The notes under the pieces were generated by a model. That model had not been told where the DNA came from. It made no database searches and saw only the letters and a program-made list of their open reading frames with translations. Both the position numbers and the translations under genes were made by a program. Positions 9,570-20,547 of a DNA stretch of 64,000 nucleotides are shown here, in pieces (positions within the stretch are counted from its first letter, which is position 1; every line of letters starts with the position of its first letter). The stretch is from an uncultured Methylomirabilota bacterium. Lineage in GTDB: Bacteria > Methylomirabilota > Methylomirabilia > Methylomirabilales > 2-02-FULL-66-22. The stretch lies in contig CAWJSJ010000002.1 of the NCBI GenBank assembly GCA_963845565.1, positions 2,670,713 through 2,734,712 on the forward strand. Direction: 5' to 3'.

Positions 9570-10459
9570 GGTCGGATGGCCGCTCCGATGGCCGCGCCCC
9601 ACCGGGTCAGCTCTTCCGTAGAGCCGCCCGGGCGGGTTCCGGGTACGAACGCCTCGGCCAGGTCCAGGATGCTGACGGGAAGCTCCAGCCAGCGAGCGAG
9701 TCCCGCGGCGATCTCGTCCGTCCTGGGGCCCATGCCGTGCACGAGCACGCGCTGCAGCGGACCCAGGCCCTCCGATTCCTGAAAGAAGGCCAGAGAGTCG
9801 GCGACATCACGAATCAGGCGGACCGGATCGCCGTCCGCCGCCAGGATACGCCAGAGTTGGGGACGCCCCTCTTGGATCAGCAGGAGCGTGGCGCGGTCCC
9901 CATCGGCGGTCAACAAGCCCGCGGTCCGCGCGGTCAGGACGACGGAGGTCGCCTGCGCCAGGGACACGCTCCGCGCGTCCAGGACGCCGGCCCGGAACCC
10001 GGCCCCCTGCAGGGCCCGTTCGTAATCCGCCAGGAGGCTCTTCCGCGCGACCAGGCAGGCCAGCCGCACACGGCCGTCGGGGCCCGCGCCGACATTCAGA
10101 TAGTCAAGACGGGCCTGCTCCACCGGGAAGGGGAGCAAATCCCGCGCCTGCCAGCACAGGAACCGCCGCGCCGCTTCCCGTTCGTCCGGGAGCTGGTCCG
10201 TGGCGATCGTCCGGAGGATGAACAACGGATCCGGCAGCGCCACGCGGACCCACCCGCGACAACCGCCGCGGCGTCTGAGGCTGCGGAGAGCCGCGGTCAG
10301 GGCCGAAACGTCCGCCAGTTTGGTCTCCTTGATCGAGGGCTGGACCACACCCGGCGCGATCGCCGCATCGACCACCCGGCGGATGCGGATCTGGCCCCGG
10401 CGCACCTCCGCGCGGCACAGCCGAAGCCGATCTGGTGCAATCTCCAATCCCCAGGCCAT
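9563..10459 (-). CDS. pilM: PilM-like actin-fold assembly protein
   Basis: WGLEIAPDRLR start, LLPFPVEQARLDY, and AAIGAA C-terminus; operon position. Confidence 0.75.
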   Translation of the reverse strand: MAWGLEIAPDRLRLCRAEVRRGQIRIRRVVDAAIAPGVVQPSIKETKLADVSALTAALRSLRRRGGCRGWVRVALPDPLFILRTIATDQLPDEREAARRFLCWQARDLLPFPVEQARLDYLNVGAGPDGRVRLACLVARKSLLADYERALQGAGFRAGVLDARSVSLAQATSVVLTARTAGLLTADGDRATLLLIQEGRPQLWRILAADGDPVRLIRDVADSLAFFQESEGLGPLQRVLVHGMGPRTDEIAAGLARWLELPVSILDLAEAFVPGTRPGGSTEELTRWGAAIGAAIRPW

Positions 10460-10485
10460 GGGCGTTCCGTTGCGCTCCTGTCGCG

Positions 10486-12189
10486 TTATTCGGCGAACGT
10501 CACGCGGTTGACCTCGGCCACCGACGTGACCCCGCCGCGAGCCTTCGCCAGGGCGGCATCCCGCAGCAGGAGCGTGCCGCCGGTCTGTGCGGCAGCGTAG
10601 ATCTCGGTGGCCGGTCGTCGCTCAAGAATCAAACCGCGGATGGTATCGGTGACCTCGACCAGTTCGGAAATGGCGCTGCGCCCGCGGAATCCTGAGCCCT
10701 GGCATTCGTCGCAACCGCCGTTCTCGAAGAAGGTGTGCGCCGCGTCCTTATCCGGATCGAGGCCGAGATCCTTCAGGCCGTCAGGCAGATACTGCACGGG
10801 CCGCCGACAGGACCGGCAGAGGACGCGCACGAGCCGCTGCGTCATGATGCAGTTCAGGGACGACAGGAAATGGTACGGCTCCAGCCCCATGTTCAGGAAG
10901 CGCCCCAGGACGTCCATCACGTTGTTCGCGTGTACGGTGGTGAAGACCAGGTGGCCTGTCAAGGCGGACTGGACGGCGATCTGCGCCGTCTCGGGGTCGC
11001 GGATTTCCCCGACCAGGATCTTGTCGGGGTCGTGGCGCAGGATGCTGCGCAAGCCGCGGGCGAAGGTCAGCCCCTTCTTCTCGTTCACCGGAATCTGGAC
11101 CACGTCCCTGAGCTGGTACTCGATGGGGTCCTCGATGGTGATGATCTTCTCGGTGCCGGAGTGCACCTCGGTAATGGCGGCGTAGAGGGTGGTGGTCTTC
11201 CCCGACCCCGTCGGGCCGGTGACCAGGACCATCCCGTGCGGTCGGTGGATGTGCCGTCGCAGGCGGCGCAGATCGGTGTCGCTGATCCCCAGGAGTTCCA
11301 GCTTGAGATCGGCCAGTTCCTTGGTGATGGCTTCTTTGTCCAGGATGCGGATGACCACCGCTTCGCCGAAATTGCTGGGGAGGATGGAGACGCGGAAGTC
11401 GATAGAGCGGCCGCGGATCCGGATCTTGAACCGGCCATCCTGGGGGATGCGGTGTTCCGCGATGTCCAGCTCCGCCATGATCTTGATCCGCGAGACGATG
11501 GTATCCTGGTGGCGACGGTCCAGGGGTTCCATGGCGGGGTGGAGCATCCCGTCCACGCGGAACTTGAGGTGGACCTGCTTCTCGCTCGCCTCAATGTGGA
11601 CGTCGCTGGCCCGATGCTCCAGGGCGTTCAGGAGGATGGTGTCGACCAGGCGAATGGTAGGGCTGGCGTCGGTTGGCTGAGGGTCGACGACGGCGACCCC
11701 GTCCTCCTCGTCCGCCTCCGTGAGCTTGAAATCCTCGCTGATGGCGTTCAGCACCCGCTGCGAAGCATCCACGCGGCCCAACCGATCCAGGAGCGCACCA
11801 CGGACGACCACCACCAGATCCACTGGGCCGCCATGCGTCTGCACGAGGTCGTCTTTGAGAAGGACGTTGCCGGGGTCGGCGACTGCGACGATCAGGCGGG
11901 CGCGGTCGCGACGGAGAGGCAGGAACAGATCACGGCGCATTCGCTCCAGCGGAAAGGCGTCCAGAATACCCGCCTCCAGCGGAGTGGTCGCCAGGTCCAC
12001 GATCGGCAGGTCGTGAAGTCGGCTGAAGGCCTTGGCCAACGCGTCCTCGGTGAGGAGGCCGGTTTCCACCAGATGCCAACCCAGACCGCCGCGCAACCCG
12101 TTTCGCTCGCGCAAGGCCTGATCCATCTGCGGGCGGGTGACGTGGCCTTCGCCGACAAGCGCTTCTTCCAGCGTCCGGTACTGTGTCAT
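10486..12189 (-). CDS. gspE: GspE/PilB-family secretion ATPase
   Basis: GPTGSGKT, TIEDPIEY, LRHDPDKILVGEIRD, TGHLVFTTVH, and Zn tetracysteine CRSC/CDEC. Confidence 0.95.
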   Translation of the reverse strand: MTQYRTLEEALVGEGHVTRPQMDQALRERNGLRGGLGWHLVETGLLTEDALAKAFSRLHDLPIVDLATTPLEAGILDAFPLERMRRDLFLPLRRDRARLIVAVADPGNVLLKDDLVQTHGGPVDLVVVVRGALLDRLGRVDASQRVLNAISEDFKLTEADEEDGVAVVDPQPTDASPTIRLVDTILLNALEHRASDVHIEASEKQVHLKFRVDGMLHPAMEPLDRRHQDTIVSRIKIMAELDIAEHRIPQDGRFKIRIRGRSIDFRVSILPSNFGEAVVIRILDKEAITKELADLKLELLGISDTDLRRLRRHIHRPHGMVLVTGPTGSGKTTTLYAAITEVHSGTEKIITIEDPIEYQLRDVVQIPVNEKKGLTFARGLRSILRHDPDKILVGEIRDPETAQIAVQSALTGHLVFTTVHANNVMDVLGRFLNMGLEPYHFLSSLNCIMTQRLVRVLCRSCRRPVQYLPDGLKDLGLDPDKDAAHTFFENGGCDECQGSGFRGRSAISELVEVTDTIRGLILERRPATEIYAAAQTGGTLLLRDAALAKARGGVTSVAEVNRVTFAE

Positions 12190-12280
12190 TTTTTCCCTAT
12201 GAGAATCGGCCAGTGTGCGATTATGCAATATTTGGACCGATAGCGCACACGCCAGACAGACGACACACCGACCGCGCGTT

Positions 12281-13496
12281 CTACCGTATCGCCGACGACA
12301 GGTTAAAGATCGGCAGGTACATGATGACGACGATGGCAGCCACGACGAGGCCCATCCCGATCATGATGGCGGGTTCGATGGCGGCCGCCAGGGCCGTGAG
12401 TCGCATGTCCATCTCGGCATCGTACATATCAGCGACATGCCCCAGCATTTCCCCAAGGGCTCCGCTGTTCTCTCCGACGGCCACCAACTCCTGCATCAGA
12501 CTGGGGACAACGCCGGTCCGACCCAAAGAATCTGCCAGGCTTCCACCCGCGGCCACGCGCGGAATGGCCGTGCGGATCTTGTCGGTCAGGTAGGCATTTC
12601 CCACCGTTCCCAGTGTCGTCTCGAGCGACGGAATCATGGGAATGCCGCCCACCTGCATCATGGCCAGTGTCCGGGCGAAGCGGGAAAAGAGGTAGCCGCT
12701 CACGAGGGTCCCGAACCACGGGAGGGCCACGACCCAGCGGTCCATCAGCCGTTTCCCTCGCGGGGTCCGACGCCAACGCCACAGGCCCAGTCCCGCCGCG
12801 ACGAGCGCGATGGAGGCCAGCGGAATGGCATTCTGGAGGTGCCCCGTGATCGTGATGAGAATACGAGTTGCCACGGGAAGTTGCGCATCCATGTCGCCGT
12901 AGATCCGGCTGAAGGTCGGGACCACGAAAACCAAGAGAAACAGGATGACCGCCAGGGAGGCCCCAACCAGGATCATCGGATAGGTGAGGGCCGCCCGCAG
13001 GCGTTGGCGCAGGGCCAGGATGCGCTTCTGGTAATCCACATACCGGGTGAGGGCGTCGACGAAATTCCCGCTCTGCTCACCGGCATGGAGTGCAGCCGCG
13101 TACAGCGGGCTGAAAACATCCGGGTGTTTGGCCATGGCCGCAGACAGGGCCGCGCCGCCCTTTACATCCTCCCGTACTGCCTCCAGCAGACTCCGCAGGC
13201 GCGGCTGCTGGGTTCGCTCGCGGAGCAGGTCCAGGGAGATGATGATCGGAAGCCCCGCTCGCACGAGGGCCAGGAGTTCCTGGTTGAAGACCAGCAGGGC
13301 CCGTGGGCTGATGCGTGCGGCGAAAAAGGCCGGCACGCGCACCGTGAGCCGGGGCCGTGTTCGCGTTTCGGCGTCGAACACGAAGAAGCCCTTGGACTCC
13401 AGGCCGTGCCGCGCGGCCTCCGGGCTGTCCGCCCTCGGCCTCCAGCGTCTGGATGGAGCCCGTGGGCGTTCCGACTTTGAAAGAATATTGCGCCAT
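12281..13496 (-). CDS. gspF: GspF/PilC platform protein; one-base frameshift near 13432-13434
   Basis: The true N-terminus MAQYSFKVGTPTGSIQTLEAE (ATG 13496) continues as ADSPEAAR... only if one G is removed from GAGGGCG. The body has GEQSG, ALTYP, VGENSG and EPAIM motifs. Confidence 0.9.
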
Positions 13497-13602
13497 CGAT
13501 CCTCTGCCGGGTTGGCTACAAGATGATAATTGTATAGAGCTTTTGTCAGGAAACGCAAGCATATTGTCGGGTCGCGCCTAGCGGACTACGTCGTCGTTTT
13601 TC

Positions 13603-13630
13603 TTGACTCCTTTTGCTAACGGCTTATCAT
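13603..13630 (+). promoter_or_regulatory. Candidate sigma70 promoter for the ctaA-ctaB unit
   Basis: TTGACT-N16-TATCAT in an AT-rich divergent intergenic region. Confidence 0.5.
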
Positions 13631-13751
13631 ACCCCTGCTTTCGGTCATGGTTGACACGGCCTTTGCCCTGGATCCTCGGCGCACGGCGGCGGGGGAACAT
13701 GTTGCCCACCCGGCCGCGGCGGAACCTCCGACCCCGATGGGGCGCTCCGGT

Positions 13752-14018
13752 ATGACGTCGCTCGCGCATCTCGCCTATGGCATCGTTGGTTCCCTCTTTC
13801 TCCTTGTGACCGCAGCCTGCCTGGGATTTCTGGCGATTGGGTGGCTTCATCGGAGTCCGCCGGGTCGCACACTCACCGGGCAGGAACTGGTGTGGAGCCT
13901 GGTCCCGGCCCTGGTGCTGGTGTGGCTGACCGTGGCGAGCGATCTTCCGAGAGGGTGGGGCAGGGTGCCGGCGGGTTCAGTTGGCGCGATCGCGCTCGAA
14001 AGCGCGCCGGGAAGGTGA
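13752..14018 (+). CDS. Small 2-TM protein resembling the cytochrome c oxidase subunit II transmembrane domain
   Basis: Two hydrophobic helices; the second, QELVWSLVPALVLVWL, matches the CoxII E-x-x-W-T-x-I-P pattern. Start may be upstream (13647 or 13737). Confidence 0.55.
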   Translation: MTSLAHLAYGIVGSLFLLVTAACLGFLAIGWLHRSPPGRTLTGQELVWSLVPALVLVWLTVASDLPRGWGRVPAGSVGAIALESAPGR

Positions 14019-14062
14019 CGCGAACCGTGCCAGGGAGCAACTCGGTGCAGAGCGGAGCGGGG

Positions 14063-15025
14063 ATGGTGGTGACGGATTCCGCCCGGGAAGTTGTCCGGGG
14101 CGCCTGGAGTCCGTGGCCCCACCGGATCGCCCTGGTGACCACGACGGCGACGTTCTTCCTGATCTTGGCCGGCGGGGTCGTGACCAACACCGGGACGGGG
14201 ATGGCGGTTCCGGACTGGCCGACCACGTTCGGTCACAACATGTTTCTGTTCCCCTGGTCGAAGATGGTCGGCGGGATCCTGTACGAACATGCGCACCGCC
14301 TCATCGCCTCCCTGGTCGGCGCATTGACGTTGACGGTCGCGATCTTTTTGTGGGCCCTGGAGGCTCGACCGTGGGTGCGGGGGTTGGGGATTGCGGCCGT
14401 CGGTGCGGTGGTCGTCCAGGGGGTCCTTGGCGGTCTGCGCGTGGTCCTGGCGCAGCAGGGGCTGGCGATCGTGCATGGGGGATTCGCCCATGCATTCTTC
14501 GCCCTCCTCGCCGGCCTGACGCTGGTCACCTCGCCGGGCTGGTGCGCGCCGGTTGCCGAACGCGTCGCGTCGCCGGCGCTCCTCCGCCTGCGGCGGCTGG
14601 CGGTCTGCATCACGGCGGGTCTGTACCTGCAGGTCCTCCTCGGCACGCTGGTGACCCATTTGAGCGCGCGGCTGGATGCGCACCTGCTCGTCGGAGGACT
14701 GATCTCGGTGGCGGTGATCCTGCTGGGTTTTTGGATCCTGCCCGGGCGTGCCGCGTGGCCCGAACTGGTGCGGCCTGCCGAGATCCTGCGCGTGCTCTGG
14801 ATCGTCCAGCTGCTCTTGGGGCTCGGCGCCTATCTGGCGAAGTTCCAGCCGGTGGATATCGGGCTGGGGGCGGGGCTCTCGCTGGTGCTATCGGTGAGCC
14901 ATCGGTTGGCGGGTGGGTTGATGTTGATCACCAGCCTGGTGATCGTGTTGCGGATTTACCGACGCACGGGTGGGTCGGATTCCGAGGCAGGGCGTCGGCC
15001 CGGCTCCCGGGGGGTGACGGCATGA
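14063..15025 (+). CDS. ctaA: Heme A synthase (COX15/CtaA)
   Basis: GGVVTNTGTGMAVPDWP, YEHAHRL, VQGVLGGLRV, conserved His residues, about 8 TM helices. Confidence 0.88.
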   Translation: MVVTDSAREVVRGAWSPWPHRIALVTTTATFFLILAGGVVTNTGTGMAVPDWPTTFGHNMFLFPWSKMVGGILYEHAHRLIASLVGALTLTVAIFLWALEARPWVRGLGIAAVGAVVVQGVLGGLRVVLAQQGLAIVHGGFAHAFFALLAGLTLVTSPGWCAPVAERVASPALLRLRRLAVCITAGLYLQVLLGTLVTHLSARLDAHLLVGGLISVAVILLGFWILPGRAAWPELVRPAEILRVLWIVQLLLGLGAYLAKFQPVDIGLGAGLSLVLSVSHRLAGGLMLITSLVIVLRIYRRTGGSDSEAGRRPGSRGVTA

Positions 15026-15927
15026 CGCTCCGTGCGCTGGCCGTCGCCGGGGCGCGCGTCTGCGCCCACCCGCGCGCGATGGACTTCCTGGTGCTGACCA
15101 AACCCCGCGTCGTCCTGATGGTCCTGGTGACGACCTTCGTGGGGTTCCATGTCGGGTCGCTCGGCCCCTCGGACCCGCTGCGCCTGCTGCACGCCCTCGT
15201 CGGAACCTGGCTGGCCGCCGCGGGCGCCTCGGCGCTGAATCAGTACCTGGAGCGGGATGTGGACGGCCGGATGGAGCGCACGCGGCGTCGGCCCCTGCCC
15301 GACAAGCGCCTGCAGCCGCGGGAAGCGGGGTGGTTCGGCCTGGGGCTGACGCTGGCCGGCCTGCTCTACCTCGGACTGGCGGTGAACTGGCTGAGTGCCG
15401 CCGTCGTGGCGGTCACGGCCGCCAGTTACCTCCTGGCCTATACGCCGCTGAAGCGTCGCTCCTCGCTGTGCACCGTCCTGGGGGCGATCCCCGGCGCGCT
15501 GCCGCCGGTCGCCGGGTGGGTGGCCGCCCGCGGGGAATTCGGCGTCGGCGCCTGGATCCTCTTCGGAATCCTCTTCCTCTGGCAGCTCCCGCACACCCTG
15601 GCGATCGCGTGGGTCTATCGCACGGACTACGCCCGGGCCGACCTCCGGATGTTGCCGGTCGTGGATCCGGACGGGGGGAGCACCGGGCGGCAAGTGGTGG
15701 TCAACTGCCTGGCGCTGCTCGCCGTGGGGATGCTGCCCACGCTCGTCGGCATGGCCGGGCCGGTCTACTTCCTGGGCGCCCTGCTCCTGGGCGTCGGCAT
15801 GCTGGCGTGCGGACTGGGACTCGCCGTGACGCGGTCCTCGGTTAGCGCCCGCCGCCTGGTCTACGCCTCGCTCATCTATCTCCCCGCCGTGCTCGTCCTG
15901 ATGGCCATCGACAAGATTCGCCTGTAG
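15022..15927 (+). CDS. ctaB: Protoheme IX farnesyltransferase (heme O synthase)
   Basis: LTKPRV, NQYLERDVDGRMERTRRRPLP, YTPLKR, GAIPGALPP, WQLPH, DYARA..MLP. Confidence 0.95.
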   Translation: MTLRALAVAGARVCAHPRAMDFLVLTKPRVVLMVLVTTFVGFHVGSLGPSDPLRLLHALVGTWLAAAGASALNQYLERDVDGRMERTRRRPLPDKRLQPREAGWFGLGLTLAGLLYLGLAVNWLSAAVVAVTAASYLLAYTPLKRRSSLCTVLGAIPGALPPVAGWVAARGEFGVGAWILFGILFLWQLPHTLAIAWVYRTDYARADLRMLPVVDPDGGSTGRQVVVNCLALLAVGMLPTLVGMAGPVYFLGALLLGVGMLACGLGLAVTRSSVSARRLVYASLIYLPAVLVLMAIDKIRL

Positions 15928-16154
15928 GCCGCCGCGACCAACGCCACCTCGCCGTTCTCGCACCCCGCACGCCCCGCCGGGCGCTCACGCGCCTGCCCTC
16001 TCGTGTCTCCTTGGCAATCCGTGGGCGAAACCACCGGGTTTTTCGGATGCGCGATGACCGGCGGGAGCATGCCGCACCGCCCGGGCTGGTGCCACGCGGG
16101 TCGGCGCAAGATACGCGCCTCCCCGACACGCCGGCCGTTGCGGTGGAGCGGTGG

Positions 16155-16478
16155 CTACGGATTCCAGGGGAGCGAGAGCGGGAACAAGCCGCGGCCCAGG
16201 TAGTCGGCCAGGGTGAGGACGAAGAGGATGAGCAGCCAGAAGCCTCCGGCGCCGACGAAGATCCAGATCAGCCGGCTGCTGTACCGGACGTGCATGAAGT
16301 AGAGGATCACCAGGAGGGCCTTGACCAGGGCGATGGTGATGGCCGCCGCCGCGTTCACGGCGTGCAGGCGGCCGCCGCCGAGATCGAAGAACGCCACGCC
16401 CACGGTGAGCCCGGTGAGCAGGATCAAGGCGGCGAAGATCCCCAGATAGAGTCGGAGGGAAACGGTTGGGTGCGTCAT
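16155..16478 (-). CDS. ctaF: Cytochrome c oxidase subunit IV (caa3-type)
   Basis: 3 TM helices with KALLVILYFMHVRY. Confidence 0.9.
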   Translation of the reverse strand: MTHPTVSLRLYLGIFAALILLTGLTVGVAFFDLGGGRLHAVNAAAAITIALVKALLVILYFMHVRYSSRLIWIFVGAGGFWLLILFVLTLADYLGRGLFPLSLPWNP

Positions 16479-17122
16479 CCGTGTCGCGCCACCAGATAGA
16501 GGGTTGGGAACAGGAAGATCCAGACCACGTCCACGAAATGCCAGTAGAGCCCCGAGACTTCCACGGGCGTGAAGTAGGCTTCCGTGTACTTCCCGCGCCA
16601 GGCGTTGACGAAGAGCCAGGCCAGCAGGCCGATGCCGACTACCATGTGGAGCGCGTGGACGCCGGTCATGGCGAAGTAGAACGAGAAGAACAGCTGGGCG
16701 GACTGGGCGTGCGGTCCGGCCAGGCCGAAGCCTGGACCCGGGACGAGGTGCTGCTCGAATTTGTGGGCGTACTCGAGCCCCTTGATCCCCAGAAACAGCG
16801 AGCCGAGGATCACCGTGAGGCCGAGGAAGAGCAGCTGCCCGTTCCGGTTCCCCTGCTGCGCGCTCCGCACGGCGAGCGCCATGGTCAGGCTGCTGCCCAG
16901 GAGCACCACGGTGTTGACCGTGCCCAGGGTGAGATCCAGGTGGCGGCTGCCCTCGGCAAACGCCTGGGCGTGGCCCAGGATGTACACGAAGAATCCGGCA
17001 AAGAGGCCGCCAAAGAACATGATCTCGGTGAGGAGGAAGGCCCACATGCCGAGGGTCGAGGCCTCGTACTGCTGCGTGGCGTCCTCGAACTGGTGGGCAA
17101 CCTGCGAGGCGTGCTCAGCCAC
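16475..17122 (-). CDS. ctaE: Cytochrome c oxidase subunit III
   Basis: [38 protein letters not shown]. Confidence 0.95.
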   Translation of the reverse strand: MAEHASQVAHQFEDATQQYEASTLGMWAFLLTEIMFFGGLFAGFFVYILGHAQAFAEGSRHLDLTLGTVNTVVLLGSSLTMALAVRSAQQGNRNGQLLFLGLTVILGSLFLGIKGLEYAHKFEQHLVPGPGFGLAGPHAQSAQLFFSFYFAMTGVHALHMVVGIGLLAWLFVNAWRGKYTEAYFTPVEVSGLYWHFVDVVWIFLFPTLYLVARHG

Positions 17123-18735
17123 GGTGCCCCTCCGGCAAGGAGTCGTAGGCGTACGCCTCCTCGGTGACGACCGGGGTCCGGTCGAAGTTGAACGTCGGAG
17201 GCGGCGACGGCGTCTGCCACTCCAGCCCGGTGGCCCCCCACGGATTGTCGCCGGCCGGTTGTCCCTTGAACAGGGACCAGACGAGGTAAAGAACCGGAAT
17301 CAGGTAGCCGAGGCCAAGGATGGTGCCGCCCGCGGTCGAGAGCACGTTCAGCATCTGGAACTCCGGCGGGTAGACATGGTAGCGACGCGGCATGCCCAGG
17401 AACCCGAGGACGAATTGCGGGAGGAAGGTCAGGTTGAACCCGACGAACAGGATCACCGCGGCGATCCGTCCCCAGGCATCCGAGTACAACCGCCCGGTCA
17501 TCTTCGGCCACCAGAAGTGCAGGCCGCCCATGTAGCCCCATGATGGCGCCGCCCACCATGATGTAGTGGAAATGGGCCACCACGAAATAGGTGTCGTGGA
17601 CGTGTACGTCAATGGCCAGGGTGGCCAGGAAGAGGCCGGTCAGGCCGCCGACGGTGAACAGCCCGACGAATCCGAACGCGTAGAGCATCGGCGTCTGGAG
17701 GGCGATGGAGCCCTTGTACATGGTGGCGGTCCAGTTGAACACCTTGACGGCCGAGGGCACGGCGACCAGGAAGCTCAGCAGCGAGAAGATGATCCCCGCA
17801 TACATCGACTGGCTGCTGACGAACATGTGGTGGCCCCAGACCAGGAACCCCAGGATGGCGATGGCCATGCTGGAGCCGGCCACGAAGTTGTAGCCGAAGA
17901 CTCGCTTGCGCGAGAAGCAGGCGACCAGCTCGCTCATGACCCCCATGGAGGGCAGGATCATGATGTAGACGGCGGGATGGGAGTAGAACCAGAACAGGTG
18001 CTGGAACAGCACGGGGTCGCCGCCCAGATTCGGGTCGAAGATCCCGATCCCCAATCCCCGCTCCAGCGCCACCAGCAGGATGGTGATGGCGATGACCGGA
18101 GTCCCCAGGATCATGATCAGGCTGGTAGCGTAGTGCGCCCAGATGAAGAGGGGCAACCGGAACCAGGTGAGCCCCGGCGCGCGCATCTTGTGGATGGTGA
18201 CCACGAAGTTCAGCCCGGTGAGGATGGACGAGAAGCCGGTGATGAAGACCCCCAGGGCAGTCAGGATGACGTTGGTGTTGGCGTAGGTGCTGCTGTACGG
18301 GGTGTAGAAAGTCCAGCCGGTGTCCACGCCGCCCGTCACCATGGCGACCACGGTGAATCCGGCGCCGAGGGTGTACACGTACCAGGACAGCAGGTTGATC
18401 TTGGGGAACGCCAGATCGCGGGCCCCGATCATCATGGGGACCAGGAAGTTCCCCAGCACGGCGGGGATGGAGGGGATCAGGAAAAAGAAGATCATGGTGA
18501 TGCCGTGCATCGTGAACAACTTGTTGTACGTCTCGGCCTGGACCAGATCCCCGTGCGGCGTGAGCAGTTCCAGCCGGAGGAGGCCCGCCAGCACCCCTCC
18601 CAGCCCGAAGAAGAGGGTGATGGAGATCAGGTACAGGATGGCGATCCGCTTGTGGTCCGTGGTCAAGAGCCACGACCGCACGCTGTAGTCGCTGTTGAGG
18701 TAATGCGTCCGGGGCTCGGGTGCCGCGTCAGTCAT
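17115..18735 (-). CDS. ctaD: Cytochrome c oxidase subunit I (A2-type); one-base frameshift at 17536-17539
   Basis: [42 protein letters not shown]. The frame continues as [11 protein letters not shown]...GMPRRY if one G is removed from ATGGGGCTAC. Confidence 0.95.
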
Positions 18736-19691
18736 GGCTTGGCCTGTCCGTCCGTCTTCAAGGATTTGAGGTAGGCGAGGAGCTGCACGAGCTGATCTTC
18801 GGTGACGAGCCCCTTGAACGTCGGCATGATCGGCGGATACCCCACCGTGATCTTGGCCTGAGGATTCAGGATCGACTCGCGCAGGTAGCTCTCATCCACG
18901 GCGATCGTCTCGCCGCTGGTGAGCTTTTCCGTCCTGCCGAATTTGCCGACCAGGGATGGGCCGCGGCCGCTCCCGTCGGACCGGTGGCAGGTGTGGCAGC
19001 CCAGCCGCCCGAAGAGTTTTTCCCCGGCGGCGGGCAGCGACTCTTCGCCGACCCCGCCGGCCAGCCACCGCTCGTACTCCGCCGGCTCCATGACCACGAT
19101 CCGTCCGCCCATCACGGCGTGGCTGGTACCGCAGTATTCGGCACAGAACAGGTGATACTCGCCGGTCTTGGTGGCCTCGAACCAGACGCTGGTGTACTTG
19201 CCCGGCACCACGTCCGCTTTGACCCGGAACGCCGGGACGTAGAAACTGTGGATGACATCTTCGGAGGTCATGGTGAGCTTGACCGGCCGGTGGACCGGGA
19301 CGTGCAATTCGTTGATCTCGCGCTGCCCGGTGGGATGCTGGAGCTTCCACATCCACTGCTTGCCCACCACGTAAACCTCCATGGCCGCGGCGGGTGGCCG
19401 GGAGATCACGAAGTACAGGTAGGTGCCCCAGACAAAGATGGCCAGCGCGATGCCGAGAGGAATGACGGTCCAGAGGGCCTCGAGCAGCAACGAGCCGTGG
19501 ATCGCCCGCGGTCGGTCCGCGTCGCTGCGGCGCCGGTATTTCAAGGCGAAGACCACGACGAGAAGGAAGATCAGCCCGCTGAAGAACACGGTGACCGCCA
19601 CCAGGAACAGGAAGAGCGCATCCACCTGGCCGGCGACGGTGGAGGCTTGTTCGGGGAGGAGGCGCAGCGCTTGAGGCACCTGTGGCCACAT
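18732..19691 (-). CDS. ctaC: Cytochrome c oxidase subunit II with fused C-terminal cytochrome c (caa3)
   Basis: DVIHSF, CuA motif [12 protein letters not shown], heme c motif GCHTCH...YLRESILNP...MP. Confidence 0.95.
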   Translation of the reverse strand: MWPQVPQALRLLPEQASTVAGQVDALFLFLVAVTVFFSGLIFLLVVVFALKYRRRSDADRPRAIHGSLLLEALWTVIPLGIALAIFVWGTYLYFVISRPPAAAMEVYVVGKQWMWKLQHPTGQREINELHVPVHRPVKLTMTSEDVIHSFYVPAFRVKADVVPGKYTSVWFEATKTGEYHLFCAEYCGTSHAVMGGRIVVMEPAEYERWLAGGVGEESLPAAGEKLFGRLGCHTCHRSDGSGRGPSLVGKFGRTEKLTSGETIAVDESYLRESILNPQAKITVGYPPIMPTFKGLVTEDQLVQLLAYLKSLKTDGQAKP

Positions 19692-19695
19692 GATC

Positions 19696-20547
19696 TCAGC
19701 GGTCCTCCCCGGGCACGGCGGCGTTGCGGCGGTCGCGGCGGAACATGGCGACCATGAAGGCGCCCAGGCCCAGGACCGTGGCCGACCCCGCGAGGCGTAT
19801 CACATTCATGATGAGGACCCCGTATTTTCCGGTGAGCGGGTCGTAGTGGTAGCAGTACAGCAGGATCTGGTCGATCGGGTTGCCGATGGTGTTGTTGCCC
19901 GCCTCGATGAGTGCCAGGCGCATGTCGCGGGGCGAGAACTCGATTCCGTAGAGGTACCGCGCCGCCTTGCCCTCGGGGGTGAAGATGACGACGCCGGAGG
20001 CGTGGGCATATTCGTCCTTCTGCTTGTCATACACGTACCGGAAACCCACCGCCTGGGTGAGCGCGGCGATTGCCTCCGGCTTGCCCGTGAGGAAGTGCCA
20101 CCCCTTCTCCGCACCAGGACGACCGTAGCGCTGGATGTACAGGTCTTTCCGGGAGGCGGCGATGGAGAAGGTCTCCCGGGGATTGACACTCAGCGTGAGG
20201 ACCGTGAACTGCTTGCCGATGTCGAAACTCACCGGACGGAGAGTTCGCACCAGACCGTCCAGGAGGAGAGGGCACAGCATGGTGCAGTTGTAATAGGTGA
20301 TCAGCATGATGACCGGCTTCTGGCCGAAGTAGTCGCCCAGGCGGACGGCCTTGCCGGTCTCGTCGGTGAAGGTGAGATCCAAGGGCAGTTGCGCGCCCAG
20401 TTTCTGGTCGAAGCCGATCTCTTTCAGGAAGGCCTCGTCCTTCGTGTAGGGCTCCTTCCCCGTGTGGGCGAGGGAGATCGAGGGAGTGACGAGTCGGAGG
20501 CCGACCGCGACGGCGACCACGACAAGAAGGGCGAGTCGGAGGGTCAT
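19696..20547 (-). CDS. SCO/SenC copper chaperone
   Basis: YYNCTMLCP (CxxxC), WHFLTG, YAH; C-terminal LYCYHYDP extension plus a TM helix. Confidence 0.92.
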   Translation of the reverse strand: MTLRLALLVVVAVAVGLRLVTPSISLAHTGKEPYTKDEAFLKEIGFDQKLGAQLPLDLTFTDETGKAVRLGDYFGQKPVIMLITYYNCTMLCPLLLDGLVRTLRPVSFDIGKQFTVLTLSVNPRETFSIAASRKDLYIQRYGRPGAEKGWHFLTGKPEAIAALTQAVGFRYVYDKQKDEYAHASGVVIFTPEGKAARYLYGIEFSPRDMRLALIEAGNNTIGNPIDQILLYCYHYDPLTGKYGVLIMNVIRLAGSATVLGLGAFMVAMFRRDRRNAAVPGEDR

